Shown: positions 1 to 9,545 of the stretch, piece by piece | Position numbering within the stretch: position 1 is the first letter of the stretch | How the letters are laid out: the number at the start of each line of letters is the position of its first letter | Origin: an uncultured Bacteroidales bacterium | GTDB taxonomy: Bacteria; Bacteroidota; Bacteroidia; Bacteroidales; UBA932 | NCBI GenBank assembly: GCA_946415795.1 | Contig: CAMKTW010000001.1 | Location: 1 to 39,377 of the forward strand | Length of the DNA stretch: 39,377 nucleotides | Direction: 5' to 3' | The notes under the pieces: generated by a model | The model's input: the letters and a program-made list of their open reading frames with translations, nothing else | Told to the model about the DNA's origin: nothing | Database searches by the model: none | Made by a program: the position numbers and the translations under genes

Positions 1-94
1 GATGCTGTATTCTTTAGTCTAAACTGCAAAGGTAACGCAAATTGCGTCGTTTTAAACATTATTTTTTCTCGAGGCGGCAAATGTTTAGTGACGG

Positions 95-1708
95 CTAAGG
101 CTGTACAGGCTTATACCTGGGCACCAGGGCCTTCATCAGAGCCCAGGCCAGCAGGTATGCTATGCCGCAGAAGCAGAACATCACAAAGTAGCCCGCGGGC
201 TTGCCGTGAAAACCCATAAATGCGAACGCCTCGCCCGCATTTTCTGCATAAGTGAACAGGTTGCCGGCAATCCTCTGTACAAACATAGAGCCGATACCGC
301 CCGCCATTGCTCCGATACCGGTGATGGTGGCGATGGCCTTTTTGGGGAACATGTCACCCACGGTAGAGAAAAGGTTGGCGCTCCAGGCCTGATGTCCGGC
401 AGCGGCCAGGCCAATCAGTACCGCCGGCCACCACGGAGTGTTGAAATGCACCCCCAGCGGCTGCGCGAACAGCGACGCCAGCGGGAAAAAGGCAAAAATC
501 AGCATAGCCAGCATCCGGCCGGAATAAGGGTTCATACCTCTCTTCTCAACAAATATCTTGGGCAGATATCCCCCGCCTATGGAGACCACGGTCACAATCA
601 GGTATAGCGTAAATATCAGCGCCTGGCCCAGTCCGCTGGTTGCGGGGGCCTGGAACTGGTTGCTGAAATAGCTCGGCGCCCAGAACAGGAAAAACCACCA
701 CACCCCGTCGGTAAAGAACTTGCCAAAGAAGAACGACCAGGTCTGCCGGTACTTATAGCAGCGGACAAATGGGATATTCAGTATCAGTATGGCAGTCAGC
801 AGCACGACGGTACTCCAGAGCAGGGATTTTATCAAGAACGACCCCAGAAGGGCGCACATACCCACCACGATGAACACCCACGAGTGAGGCAGCATCGCAA
901 ACCGGTTGTCCGGCACGTCATCGGCAACGGCCTGCTCCGCACCTTCCTCCGTCTTTGCCGGATTTGGCAGGCCTTCTGAAACATCATCCTGACGTATATA
1001 TTCCAGCTCTGCCGCATTTACCCGCCTGCTCTTTTCCGGTTTGTCGTACATAAACACCCAGAAGAACATCCAGATGAAACCCAGGGCGCCAATTATGATG
1101 AAGGCCATCTCCCACCCCAGCTTTACCGCGAGCGGCGGTATCAGCAGCGGCGCGGCAAGGGCACCTACAGAGGCGCCTGCATTGAAGATAGAGGTGGCGA
1201 AAGCGCGGACCTTTTTGGGAAAATATTCCGCAGTGACCTTGATGGCGGCGGGGAAATTACCCGCCTCGCCAAGGGCAAGGATGCCGCGGCACAACAGGAA
1301 CAGGAACACAGATGTTGTGGACACCGCCAGGGCGGCGCTGCTGCCAGCCTCAACCGCGCGCATAGCGGCTACGCTGCCGAGACCGGCGATTGATGCGGTC
1401 GCCCAGCCGCAGAGGGCGTGCAGGCAGGCTCCGAAGCTCCATACTCCGATTGCGATCAGATATCCCTTCTTGGTCCCCATCCAGTCCACAAACTTGCCCG
1501 CAAACAGGCAGCAAACCGCATAGAATATAGAGAAGAAGCTGGTAATCAAGCCATAATCTGCGTCAGTCCAGTGGAACTCAGGCTTTATAAACTCCTCGTA
1601 TGTCAGCGACAACACCTGACGGTCCAGGTAGTTGACAGTAGTCGCCACAAACAGCAGACTGCATATCCACCACCGCCAGTTAGTCATAAGTTTCTGGTTT
1701 GTCGTCAT
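95..1708 (-). CDS. exuT: MFS transporter, hexuronate transporter (ExuT)-like
   Basis: ORF 95..1717. The codon at 1717 is TTG and the first ATG is at 1708 (MTTNQKL...). The motifs NYLDRQVLS, GKFVDWMGTKKG, LGEAGNFPAA and EYFPKK, plus many hydrophobic helices, are typical of ACS/ExuT-type MFS transporters. It starts 5 nt downstream of uxaC. It is longer than usual because of an acidic loop and extra hydrophobic segments mid-protein. Confidence 0.8.
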   Translation of the reverse strand: MTTNQKLMTNWRWWICSLLFVATTVNYLDRQVLSLTYEEFIKPEFHWTDADYGLITSFFSIFYAVCCLFAGKFVDWMGTKKGYLIAIGVWSFGACLHALCGWATASIAGLGSVAAMRAVEAGSSAALAVSTTSVFLFLLCRGILALGEAGNFPAAIKVTAEYFPKKVRAFATSIFNAGASVGALAAPLLIPPLAVKLGWEMAFIIIGALGFIWMFFWVFMYDKPEKSRRVNAAELEYIRQDDVSEGLPNPAKTEEGAEQAVADDVPDNRFAMLPHSWVFIVVGMCALLGSFLIKSLLWSTVVLLTAILILNIPFVRCYKYRQTWSFFFGKFFTDGVWWFFLFWAPSYFSNQFQAPATSGLGQALIFTLYLIVTVVSIGGGYLPKIFVEKRGMNPYSGRMLAMLIFAFFPLASLFAQPLGVHFNTPWWPAVLIGLAAAGHQAWSANLFSTVGDMFPKKAIATITGIGAMAGGIGSMFVQRIAGNLFTYAENAGEAFAFMGFHGKPAGYFVMFCFCGIAYLLAWALMKALVPRYKPVQP

Positions 1709-1713
1709 ACCTC

Positions 1714-3114
1714 TCAAAAGTCAAAGTAATTCTTTGCATTGTTGTAGCAGATGTCCTCTACCATCTTGCCGATGAAATCAATCTCGGAGGCGGGAAGCCG
1801 GCCGCTCTCTATGTCAGCCCCCAGCATATCGCAGAGGATTCGGCGGAAATACTCGTGGCGCGGGTAGCTTATGAAGCTGCGGGAGTCGGTGAGCATGCCC
1901 ACAAAGCGGCTCAGCAGGCCCAGGCTGGAGAGGGTCTCTATCTGGCGGCGCATCCCCGTCTCGTGATCCAGAAACCACCAGGCGCTGCCGAACTGCATCT
2001 TGCCGGGACAGGAACCGTCGTTGAATGTGTATGCCATAGCGGTCATCACCTCGTTGTCCTTGGGATTAAGGCAGTACAGGACGGTCTTGGCAAGGGCTCC
2101 GGCACTGTCCAGCCGGTCAAAGAATTTGTGGCCGGCGGCGGCTATGGGTTTGTCGTCTATCGCATCGAAGCCGGTGTCCGGGCCGGCGGCGGCGAACATA
2201 CGCGAGTTGTTGTTGCGGTTCGGCCCCACGTGGAACTGCTGTACCCAGCCCGAGCGGGCATCCATCACCGCCTGGTCAAACAGGAACGCGCTGCGGAACT
2301 TCTCTATCTCCTTGGGAGTGGGGACTTTGCCAAGCAAGACCTTCTTGAAGATGATCTCTATCTCGACCGGCTTGTAATCGGCGGCATAGAAGGTGTCCAT
2401 ACCGTGGTCCGAGAGCCTGCATTCCATCGACTCGAAATAGTTGTGGCGGCGCTGCAGCACCTCCTGGAGGTCCTGGTAAGAATCTATATCCTTGCCGACA
2501 GTCTCGCCCAGTTTCTTTAGATAGGCCTTGTATGCCTTGGGGTTCTCTATCGCCATCGCCTTGTCGGGACGCCAGGCGGGGAGGACCTTCACCCCGAACG
2601 GGTGTGCAGCAATCATCTTGTGCCAATGCAGGTCATCGGCCGGGTCGTCGGTGGTGCACACCACCTCAACGTTGAATCTCTTTATCAGCGCCTGGCCGCG
2701 GAACTCTTCGGTGGCCAGTTTTGCATTGCACTCCTCGAATATCTCGCGGGCTGTCTCCGGCTTCAGCAACTTGTCGATTCCGAACACCCGTTTGAGTTCA
2801 AGATGCGTCCAGTGGTACAGCGGATTACGCATGGTGTAGGGCACCGTCTCCGCCCACTTCTCAAACTTCTCCCAGGAGGGTTTATTGCCGGTGATATACT
2901 CCTCGCCCACTCCGTTGCCCCGCATAGCGCGCCACTTATAGTGGTCGCCACCCAGCCATAGCTCGGTAATGTCGGCGAACTGTTTGTTCTCCGCTATCTC
3001 CTGAGGAGAAAGGTGGCAGTGATAGTCTATGATGGGCATCTTCTCTGCGTGGCCGTGATACAGCCGTCTCGCCGCCTCGCCCTGCAACAAAAAATCGTCG
3101 TTGATAAAGGACAT
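1714..3114 (-). CDS. uxaC: glucuronate (uronate) isomerase
   Basis: 466 aa with an ATG start. The N-terminus (FINDDFLL..A..LYH....MPIIDYHCHL) and the length are characteristic of UxaC. It forms an operon-like pair with the hexuronate transporter. Confidence 0.93.
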   Translation of the reverse strand: MSFINDDFLLQGEAARRLYHGHAEKMPIIDYHCHLSPQEIAENKQFADITELWLGGDHYKWRAMRGNGVGEEYITGNKPSWEKFEKWAETVPYTMRNPLYHWTHLELKRVFGIDKLLKPETAREIFEECNAKLATEEFRGQALIKRFNVEVVCTTDDPADDLHWHKMIAAHPFGVKVLPAWRPDKAMAIENPKAYKAYLKKLGETVGKDIDSYQDLQEVLQRRHNYFESMECRLSDHGMDTFYAADYKPVEIEIIFKKVLLGKVPTPKEIEKFRSAFLFDQAVMDARSGWVQQFHVGPNRNNNSRMFAAAGPDTGFDAIDDKPIAAAGHKFFDRLDSAGALAKTVLYCLNPKDNEVMTAMAYTFNDGSCPGKMQFGSAWWFLDHETGMRRQIETLSSLGLLSRFVGMLTDSRSFISYPRHEYFRRILCDMLGADIESGRLPASEIDFIGKMVEDICYNNAKNYFDF

Positions 3115-3121
3115 ACCGGTG

Positions 3122-3982
3122 CTATTTTGCGGCCGCTTCAGGTGACGTCAGGGCCAGGCGAAGGCCGTCGTAGGCGTACATATGGGTGTAGTTGCCGGCG
3201 TGGCGGTAGGTGGTGCGGCACATTGTGGGGCCGTAGTTCCAGCAGCCGCCGCGCTCTATATGGAATTCGCGCTTCTTGTCGCTCTTGAGCATCTTCTGGG
3301 AGTACTGGGGCTCGGTGCCGTCGTACATCAGATATTTATCTTCACACCACTCATACACATTGCCGCTCATATCGTAAAGGCCAAGTTCGTTGGGCTTCTT
3401 GCTGGCCACGGGGTGTGATTTCTCATCGGCATTGGCCACATACCAGGCAACCTCTTCCAGATTGTCGCTGCCGGCATATTTGTAGCCCTTGCTAAATTTG
3501 CCGCCCCGGGCAGCATACTCCCACTCTGCTTCAGTGGGGAGACGGAATTTAAGGCCGGTGAGCTCTTCCAGGGACTCTACAAAACTCTTGCACTCCTGCC
3601 AGCTGACCTTGTCCACGGGGCATTGAGGCCAACGTGTGTAAGAGGGGTTATAGTCTGTAACAGCCTGCCAGAGCTCCTGGGTGACCTCTGTCTGACCAAT
3701 CCAGAAATCCCCGACGGTGACCTCGTGGGCCGGCTTCTCATTCATCTGGGCCTCGGTCCCCTGCTCCGGAGTCGCACCCATAGTGTAAGTGCCGCCCTCG
3801 ACCTTCACCATCTTGAAGGTGACCCCATTCACGGTGAAATCTTTGGTCTCTACCCCAGCGACAGCCGATGCCTCGTCCGGGGCAGTCTCCTGTGCCTTTT
3901 TGCTGCCGCCCTTGCAGGCAGGCATCATTATAACTATCGCAAGCGCCATCGCAAGCGCCATAAAAGAACGTACTGTTTTCAT
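3122..3982 (-). CDS. lipoprotein with formylglycine-generating-enzyme (FGE/SUMF1) C-type-lectin-fold domain
   Basis: Signal peptide plus lipobox (IMMPAC). FGE-sulfatase-family motifs are present: GGTYTMG, EKPAHEVTV..FWIGQTEVT, AEWEYAARGG, GLYDMSGNVYEWC and RGGCW. Confidence 0.85.
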   Translation of the reverse strand: MKTVRSFMALAMALAIVIMMPACKGGSKKAQETAPDEASAVAGVETKDFTVNGVTFKMVKVEGGTYTMGATPEQGTEAQMNEKPAHEVTVGDFWIGQTEVTQELWQAVTDYNPSYTRWPQCPVDKVSWQECKSFVESLEELTGLKFRLPTEAEWEYAARGGKFSKGYKYAGSDNLEEVAWYVANADEKSHPVASKKPNELGLYDMSGNVYEWCEDKYLMYDGTEPQYSQKMLKSDKKREFHIERGGCWNYGPTMCRTTYRHAGNYTHMYAYDGLRLALTSPEAAAK

Positions 3983-4125
3983 AACAATTTATATTTTTCT
4001 ATAAATTTATATCTTTTCCTATCTGCTCAGCGAATATACAAATAACTTGCGAAAATCCCCAGCTATGACAAAACTGCCCTGAAAGCCGAGGCTTCACTCA
4101 GGAGATATTGAATACGAAGGAATGG

Positions 4126-4770
4126 TCAAACCAACCCTTCTAACGCAGCAAGTGCTTCCGACACAGTTTCTTCCGGCAACCCCTCGAGCACTTCACCGGC
4201 GAATGCCACCATCTGCAGCCTGCGGGCCTCCGATTCAGGAATACCGCGGCTGCGAAGATAAAACAACTCGTCACCGTCCAGACGGCCAAAGGTTGCGCCG
4301 TGGCTGCACTTCACATCATCGGCATAAATCTCCAGCTGCGGCAGGCTCTGGGCGCGGCAGTCATCACTGAGCAGAAGGTTGTGGTTTTCCTGATATGCCT
4401 CTGTTCCGATGCACCTTTCCGGCACCTTTATAAGGCCCGAGAAGCCGGTGCGCGCCTGCCCCGACACTATCCCTTTGAACAGCTGACGGCTGGTGCAGTT
4501 GGGGTAGTTGTGAACAATGTTGACCTTGATATTGACATTTGCGGCACCCCCCGCCAGGTACAACCCTTTAAGCTGGCAATCACCCCCCTCCCCTTCAAAC
4601 TGAACGGCGATGTCACATCCGATGGCACCATCCCCGCCCGGCAACGCTACTATCACCAGCTTCAGCGATGCCCCGCTGCACACAGTGATATCCCACGCGC
4701 GGTTATCGCCGCCCCTGAGCAGGACGACATCGCTCCTGGAGACACCTTTGCCTATGACTATCCTATCCAT
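4126..4770 (-). CDS. sufD: Fe-S cluster assembly protein SufD, short form (C-terminal half only)
   Basis: Beta-helix/C-terminal SufD region (EIYADDVKCSHGATFGRLD..LFYLRSRGI). The track start at 4800 is TTG. The ATG at 4770 (MDRIVIG) overlaps the sufC stop by 8 nt. About 214 aa. Confidence 0.75.
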   Translation of the reverse strand: MDRIVIGKGVSRSDVVLLRGGDNRAWDITVCSGASLKLVIVALPGGDGAIGCDIAVQFEGEGGDCQLKGLYLAGGAANVNIKVNIVHNYPNCTSRQLFKGIVSGQARTGFSGLIKVPERCIGTEAYQENHNLLLSDDCRAQSLPQLEIYADDVKCSHGATFGRLDGDELFYLRSRGIPESEARRLQMVAFAGEVLEGLPEETVSEALAALEGLV

Positions 4771-5518
4771 TGATGATCCAGTCGTATCCTTTTGCCTCAA
4801 TTTCGAGCGCCAGTTCGCGGCCGCCCGTGAGAATTATGCGCCCGTTATAGAGCACATGTATCACATCGGGCACGATGTAGCTGAGCAGCCGCTGATAGTG
4901 CGTTATCACTATGAAGGCATTTTCTTTTGTGCGCAGGCTGTTTACCCCCTCGCCAACTATCCTGAGCGCATCCACGTCCAGGCCACTGTCGGTCTCGTCC
5001 AGGATGGCCAGCTGCGGCTCCAGGACGGCCATCTGAAGCACCTCGTTGCGCTTCTTTTCACCACCGGAGAAGCCTGCGTTCACCCCCCGGGAGAGAAAAC
5101 TGCGGTCCATGTTCACCAGCGGGAGCTTGCTGTTCACCAGCTTCAAGAACTCTGCGCCGGAGAGTTCCGGCAGCCCCTTGGCCGTACGCTGCGCAGCCAC
5201 GGCGCTCTTAAGCATTGCTGTATTGCTCACGCCAGGTATCTCCACAGGATATTGGAAACCGAGAAAGAGGCCGGCCCAGGAGCGTTCTTCAGGAGACATA
5301 TCCAGCAGCGAGACGCCGTTCATCAAGGCTTCGCCCTCCGTGACGATATAGCCTGGCTTACCCGCCAACACACCGCTGAGCGTGCTTTTTCCGGCGCCGT
5401 TGGGCCCCATTATGGCGTGCACCTCGCCCCGACCCACCTCAAGGTTGATGCCCCGGAGTATCTCCCGGTCCTCTACCGAGGCGTGCAGATTCTTGACTTC
5501 CAGTAATATATCAGACAT
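4763..5518 (-). CDS. sufC: Fe-S cluster assembly ATPase SufC
   Basis: Walker A GPNGAGKST, ABC signature FSGGEKKR, Walker B LAILDETDSGLD. 251 aa. Confidence 0.95.
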   Translation of the reverse strand: MSDILLEVKNLHASVEDREILRGINLEVGRGEVHAIMGPNGAGKSTLSGVLAGKPGYIVTEGEALMNGVSLLDMSPEERSWAGLFLGFQYPVEIPGVSNTAMLKSAVAAQRTAKGLPELSGAEFLKLVNSKLPLVNMDRSFLSRGVNAGFSGGEKKRNEVLQMAVLEPQLAILDETDSGLDVDALRIVGEGVNSLRTKENAFIVITHYQRLLSYIVPDVIHVLYNGRIILTGGRELALEIEAKGYDWIING

Positions 5519-5521
5519 ACG

Positions 5522-6148
5522 CTATTTGTTTTCCTTATTATAAAGTTTTCGCCAGCTGACCAGGGACCAGATGCCGTTGACCAGATACAAACCGCAGACG
5601 ATGGGCATAAACACGTGCCCGACAGATATGTGCAGAATAATCTGGGTTATGTTGACCAGCATCCACACAATCCAGCAGTCCCACTTCTTGAGGGCAGAGA
5701 GCAACTGTGCGTAGAGTATCAGCACCGTGACAATGGTATCAAGATACGGGTGCGGGTCGTTGGGCAGCACCGTGTTGAGCAGCCAGCCCCAGGCGGCCGA
5801 AAGCAGCAGCACCACCACCACGCTCAAAACACGCTGCTGGGCGGTGAGCTGTGTCACCTTCAGATCGCCCTTGCTGCTCTCCTCTTCTTTTTTGGGATGG
5901 GTCCAACGCCAGTGCCCTATGATGTTTATAGTCAGCGAAATGGGCTGCAAAAACAGGGAGGCGTACAGGTTTTTGTTCCAGAACAGGAGGAACAGCGCCG
6001 CCGTGTAAAGGTAGCCCACCCAGAAGTTGTATTTGGAGTTGCGGCCTGCAAGAAAAACGCAGGTCAGCCCAAGCAGCGACGATATCAAGTCTATCAGCAG
6101 CACCGGAGCGCCGCCGAGGGTAAACAATGTGTAATTAATCCAATCCAT
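5522..6148 (-). CDS. pnuC: nicotinamide riboside/NMN transporter PnuC family
   Basis: 208-aa polytopic membrane protein with PnuC-like motifs (AGRNSKYNFWVGY, W.W at helix ends, AQLLSALKKWDCWIVWMLVN). It is wedged between sufB (6-nt gap) and sufC (3-nt gap). Confidence 0.75.
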   Translation of the reverse strand: MDWINYTLFTLGGAPVLLIDLISSLLGLTCVFLAGRNSKYNFWVGYLYTAALFLLFWNKNLYASLFLQPISLTINIIGHWRWTHPKKEEESSKGDLKVTQLTAQQRVLSVVVVLLLSAAWGWLLNTVLPNDPHPYLDTIVTVLILYAQLLSALKKWDCWIVWMLVNITQIILHISVGHVFMPIVCGLYLVNGIWSLVSWRKLYNKENK

Positions 6149-6154
6149 AAATCC

Positions 6155-7591
6155 TTATCCTACACTGCCCTCCAGGTTTACACTTAACAGCCGGCGGGCC
6201 TCTATGGCAAACTCCATAGGGAGCCGCTTGAGCACGTCGGATGCATATCCGCCAACAATCAGCGCCACCGCATCCTCTTCGCTGATGCCGCGCTGACGCA
6301 GGTAAAACAACTGGTCATCGCTTATCTTAGAGGTCGTCGCCTCGTGTTCCAGAATTGCGCCGCTGTTGGCGCACTCTATCACCGGGAAGGTGTGCGCGCC
6401 GCATTTGTCACCGATAAGCAGCGAATCGCACTGCGAATGGTTGCGGACGCCGCTTGCTCCGGCTGCAACCTTAACCAGTCCGCGGTAGCTGTTCTGGCTC
6501 TGACCAGCACTGATGCCCTTGCTCACAATACGGCTGGTGGTGTTCTTGCCGATATGGACCATCTTGGTGCCGGTGTCGGCCTGCTGATGGTTGTTGGTCA
6601 ACGCCACAGAATAGAACTCAGAGTGGCTGCCGTCGCCGCGCAGTATGGTGCTGGGGTACTTCCAGGTGATGGCGCTGCCTGTCTCTACCTGGGTCCAGAA
6701 AAGACGGCTGTTGTCTCCGCGGCACAGGCCACGCTTGGTCACAAAGTTAAAGATGCCTCCCCTGCCCTGCTTGTCACCGGGATACCAGTTCTGCACGGTG
6801 GAGTACTTGACCTCGGCATCCTTCTCCACAATGATTTCTACAATAGCCGCGTGCAGCTGGTTCTCGTCGCGCATCGGGGCTGTACACCCCTCCAGATAGC
6901 TCACATAGCTCCCCTCATCGGCCACAATCAGCGTCCTTTCAAACTGACCTATATTGCGGGCGTTGATGCGGAAGTAGCTGGAAAGCTCCATCGGACAGCG
7001 GACCCCCCTGGGGATATAACAGAAAGAGCCGTCGCTGAACACCGCACTGTTGAGAGCCGCAAAATAGTTGTCTGAGGGGGGCACAACCCTGGCCAGGTAC
7101 TTGCGCACCAGCTCCGGATGGCTCTGAACCGCTTCGGAGAACGGGCAGAAAATGATACCCTTCTCCGCCAGCGTCTTCTGGAAGGTGGTCTTCACCGATA
7201 CAGAGTCAAACACTGCATCCACCGCCACCCCGCTCAGGGCATCACGCTCGTGCAGCGGAATCCCCAGCTTGTCAAAGGTCTTCACCAGCTCCGGATCGAC
7301 CTCCTCCCGCTTTTTGGGCGGCTTGGGGGCGGCGAAATAGATGATGTCCTGAAAGTCGATTGGCGGGATGGTCAGATGGCCCCAGGAGGGCATCTCCATA
7401 GTCTGCCACTTGCGGAAGGCGCTCAGGCGGAACTCCAGCATCCAGGCGGGCTCCCTCTTGCGCTCCGAAATAGCGCGCACGATATCCTCATTCAACCCTT
7501 TAGGGAAGAACTCCTGCTCGATGTCGGTTGTGAACCCCTCTGAGTATTCGGCATTTGCAAGGCCGGAGAGTATGTCCTCTTTTTCTGCCAT
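6155..7591 (-). CDS. sufB: Fe-S cluster assembly scaffold SufB
   Basis: 478 aa. Contains SufB-typical segments ([57 protein letters not shown]). Confidence 0.95.
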   Translation of the reverse strand: MAEKEDILSGLANAEYSEGFTTDIEQEFFPKGLNEDIVRAISERKREPAWMLEFRLSAFRKWQTMEMPSWGHLTIPPIDFQDIIYFAAPKPPKKREEVDPELVKTFDKLGIPLHERDALSGVAVDAVFDSVSVKTTFQKTLAEKGIIFCPFSEAVQSHPELVRKYLARVVPPSDNYFAALNSAVFSDGSFCYIPRGVRCPMELSSYFRINARNIGQFERTLIVADEGSYVSYLEGCTAPMRDENQLHAAIVEIIVEKDAEVKYSTVQNWYPGDKQGRGGIFNFVTKRGLCRGDNSRLFWTQVETGSAITWKYPSTILRGDGSHSEFYSVALTNNHQQADTGTKMVHIGKNTTSRIVSKGISAGQSQNSYRGLVKVAAGASGVRNHSQCDSLLIGDKCGAHTFPVIECANSGAILEHEATTSKISDDQLFYLRQRGISEEDAVALIVGGYASDVLKRLPMEFAIEARRLLSVNLEGSVG

Positions 7592-7619
7592 ATAGGGGCA
7601 AAGTTAGCCATTTTATCCT

Positions 7620-7627
7620 TACTTTTG
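7620..7627 (+). promoter_or_regulatory. Bacteroidetes -7 box (TACTTTTG) in front of thiL
   Basis: Matches TAnnTTTG 4 nt upstream of the thiL ATG, which implies a very short or absent leader. Confidence 0.35.
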
Positions 7628-7631
7628 CAAT

Positions 7632-8630
7632 ATGGAACAGCAGAACAAAAAGCGCACTGAATTCTCCGAAATCGGCCGCGAACAGGCCATCAAACGCCTT
7701 TTCGAGGGCTCAGGATTCACTAACAGCGACCCGATTGACCTCTCAGAGGGCATCGCCACCCACAAAATGATGATGCAGGGGGTCGACTTCGACCTCGTTT
7801 ACCATCCGCTTAAGCATCTGGGCTACAAAGCTGTGATAAACGCGCTGGGGGATATCTACGCCGCATTTTACAGGCCAAAGGCGCTCTCTATGGTGCTGGG
7901 GGTATCGTCGCACTTTGCGTTTGAAGATATCGCCGACTTTTGGAGCGGGGTACTGGCGGCCGCCAAAGAGCACTCCCTTAAGGCGCTGCACCTGCAGCTG
8001 GCACCATCCATAAACGGTCTGCAAATAAGCCTGGTCGCCACCGGTACACAGACCCGCAAAATGGCTTCATCCCGTCCGGCACCGGCCAACATGGATTTAA
8101 TATGCCTTGGAGGCAACATCGGCGCAGCCTATATGGGCCAGCACGTGCTCGAACGCGAGAAAGGGGCCTTCCTTGCAGCCGGCGAGGCCAACGCCAGGCA
8201 GCCCGACCTGTCCAAATACAAATATCTGCTGAGCCAATATCTCTGCCCGGAGATTCCGGCGGGGGTGATTGACCGGTTTGTCCGCGGAGGCTTCTACCCT
8301 TCTGCCGGCGTATTCGACACCCGCGGCCTTGCCGATGCCGTACACACGCTCTGCTCCCGCACAGGATTCGGCGCCAAAATCTATCTGGACCGCATCCCCA
8401 TAGCCTCCGAGACCTTTGCCCTGGCCGACGAGATCGGCATCGACGCCTTGACCGCCGCAATCAACGGCGGCGACGACTACCGGATTATCTTCACCCTCCC
8501 GATAGACCAGTTCGAAGCCTTTCACAAAGAGATACAGACCTTTGATGTAATCGGCCACCTCTGCCACGCCGACGCCGGAGCCGTTCTCGTAACCCCGGAC
8601 GGTGCCGAGCTCCCGCTGAAGGAGTTGTAA
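7632..8630 (+). CDS. thiL: thiamine-monophosphate kinase (AIR-synthase-related fold)
   Basis: 332 aa. N-terminal GIGDD-equivalent region, DFDLVYHPLKHLGYKA, and a C-terminal PurM-like domain (GGDDYRIIFT). Confidence 0.75.
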   Translation: MEQQNKKRTEFSEIGREQAIKRLFEGSGFTNSDPIDLSEGIATHKMMMQGVDFDLVYHPLKHLGYKAVINALGDIYAAFYRPKALSMVLGVSSHFAFEDIADFWSGVLAAAKEHSLKALHLQLAPSINGLQISLVATGTQTRKMASSRPAPANMDLICLGGNIGAAYMGQHVLEREKGAFLAAGEANARQPDLSKYKYLLSQYLCPEIPAGVIDRFVRGGFYPSAGVFDTRGLADAVHTLCSRTGFGAKIYLDRIPIASETFALADEIGIDALTAAINGGDDYRIIFTLPIDQFEAFHKEIQTFDVIGHLCHADAGAVLVTPDGAELPLKEL

Positions 8631-8631
8631 T

Positions 8632-9528
8632 ATGAAACGTCTGCTGGCTATTCTTCTCCTGTTGTTTGCCATTGGGAGTGTTTCTGCACGCGCGCAGGAG
8701 TTTATTGCATACCGGGATTCCGTGCCTGACGGCTATAATTTCTGGCTCGCTGTCCCGGCGGGCTACGACACCCTGTCCACCGATCTGCCGGTGCTCATTT
8801 TCCTGCACGGACGCAGCCTCTGCGGCAAAGACCTGTACCGGGTTCAGCGATACGGGCCCCTGGATGCAATCAAGCGCGGGCGGAACATTCCCGCACTTGT
8901 GATTGCCCCCCAGAATCCCGGCCCGGCCTGGGAGCCAAGGAAAGTAGATAACGTTCTGGAGTGGGTAATGGAGCGCTTTAACGGCGACCGCAACCGGATA
9001 TATGTTTACGGGATGAGCCTCGGAGGCTACGGCACGCTCGATTATGCAGGGACATATCCCGACAAGGTCGCGGCGGCGATTGGAATGTGCGGCGGAACCA
9101 CACTGGTCTGTTGCGACGGCCTCAGACGCGTCCCCCTGTGGATCATTCACGGCACCCAAGACAAGCAGGTCAGCATATCCCAGTCAAAAGCGGTTGTCAG
9201 CAAAATGCATAAATTTGGAGATACGCCCCTGCTCTGTTATGAATGGATGGAGGACCGTGACCACGGTTCTCTTGCGCGGATCTTCTATCTCTCCGAAACA
9301 TACGAGTGGCTTTTCAGCCACTCCCTTGATGACAGGCGCATCAGCGAGCCTTTCCCGCTGGACGAGGATCTTATGAAAAGCGCCTACCGCAACTGGAAAT
9401 CAGGTGTCAGTGTCATAGTCAGCGACCCTCCCCGCAAAGAATTCCACCCCGTCCGCCGGCCGCTGAATATTCCCGACACCCTGATGCTCCAGACTGCAGA
9501 TTTTACTTTTGACGAATACTTTGATTGA
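8632..9528 (+). CDS. secreted alpha/beta-hydrolase (carboxylesterase / prolyl-oligopeptidase-type serine hydrolase)
   Basis: Signal peptide (..SVSARA/QE). Nucleophile elbow GMSLGG, then IHGTQD and a later DH, consistent with a Ser-Asp-His triad. Confidence 0.7.
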   Translation: MKRLLAILLLLFAIGSVSARAQEFIAYRDSVPDGYNFWLAVPAGYDTLSTDLPVLIFLHGRSLCGKDLYRVQRYGPLDAIKRGRNIPALVIAPQNPGPAWEPRKVDNVLEWVMERFNGDRNRIYVYGMSLGGYGTLDYAGTYPDKVAAAIGMCGGTTLVCCDGLRRVPLWIIHGTQDKQVSISQSKAVVSKMHKFGDTPLLCYEWMEDRDHGSLARIFYLSETYEWLFSHSLDDRRISEPFPLDEDLMKSAYRNWKSGVSVIVSDPPRKEFHPVRRPLNIPDTLMLQTADFTFDEYFD

Positions 9529-9545
9529 AAACTCTTGCCGGCCGG

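Noticed and set aside
1699-2520. Long antisense ORFs lie opposite real genes. Examples are 1699..2520, 4610..5506, 6344..7075, 8097..8672, 8491..9159, 9525..10061, 10233..10790, 13631..14215, 21081..21722, 23080..23874, 23989..24816, 25796..26641 and 28114..29562.
   Set aside because: Each lies entirely within a well-supported gene on the other strand. Their translations are low in complexity (Arg/Ala/Gly/His-rich) and carry no recognisable motifs. They are typical shadow ORFs of GC-rich coding DNA.
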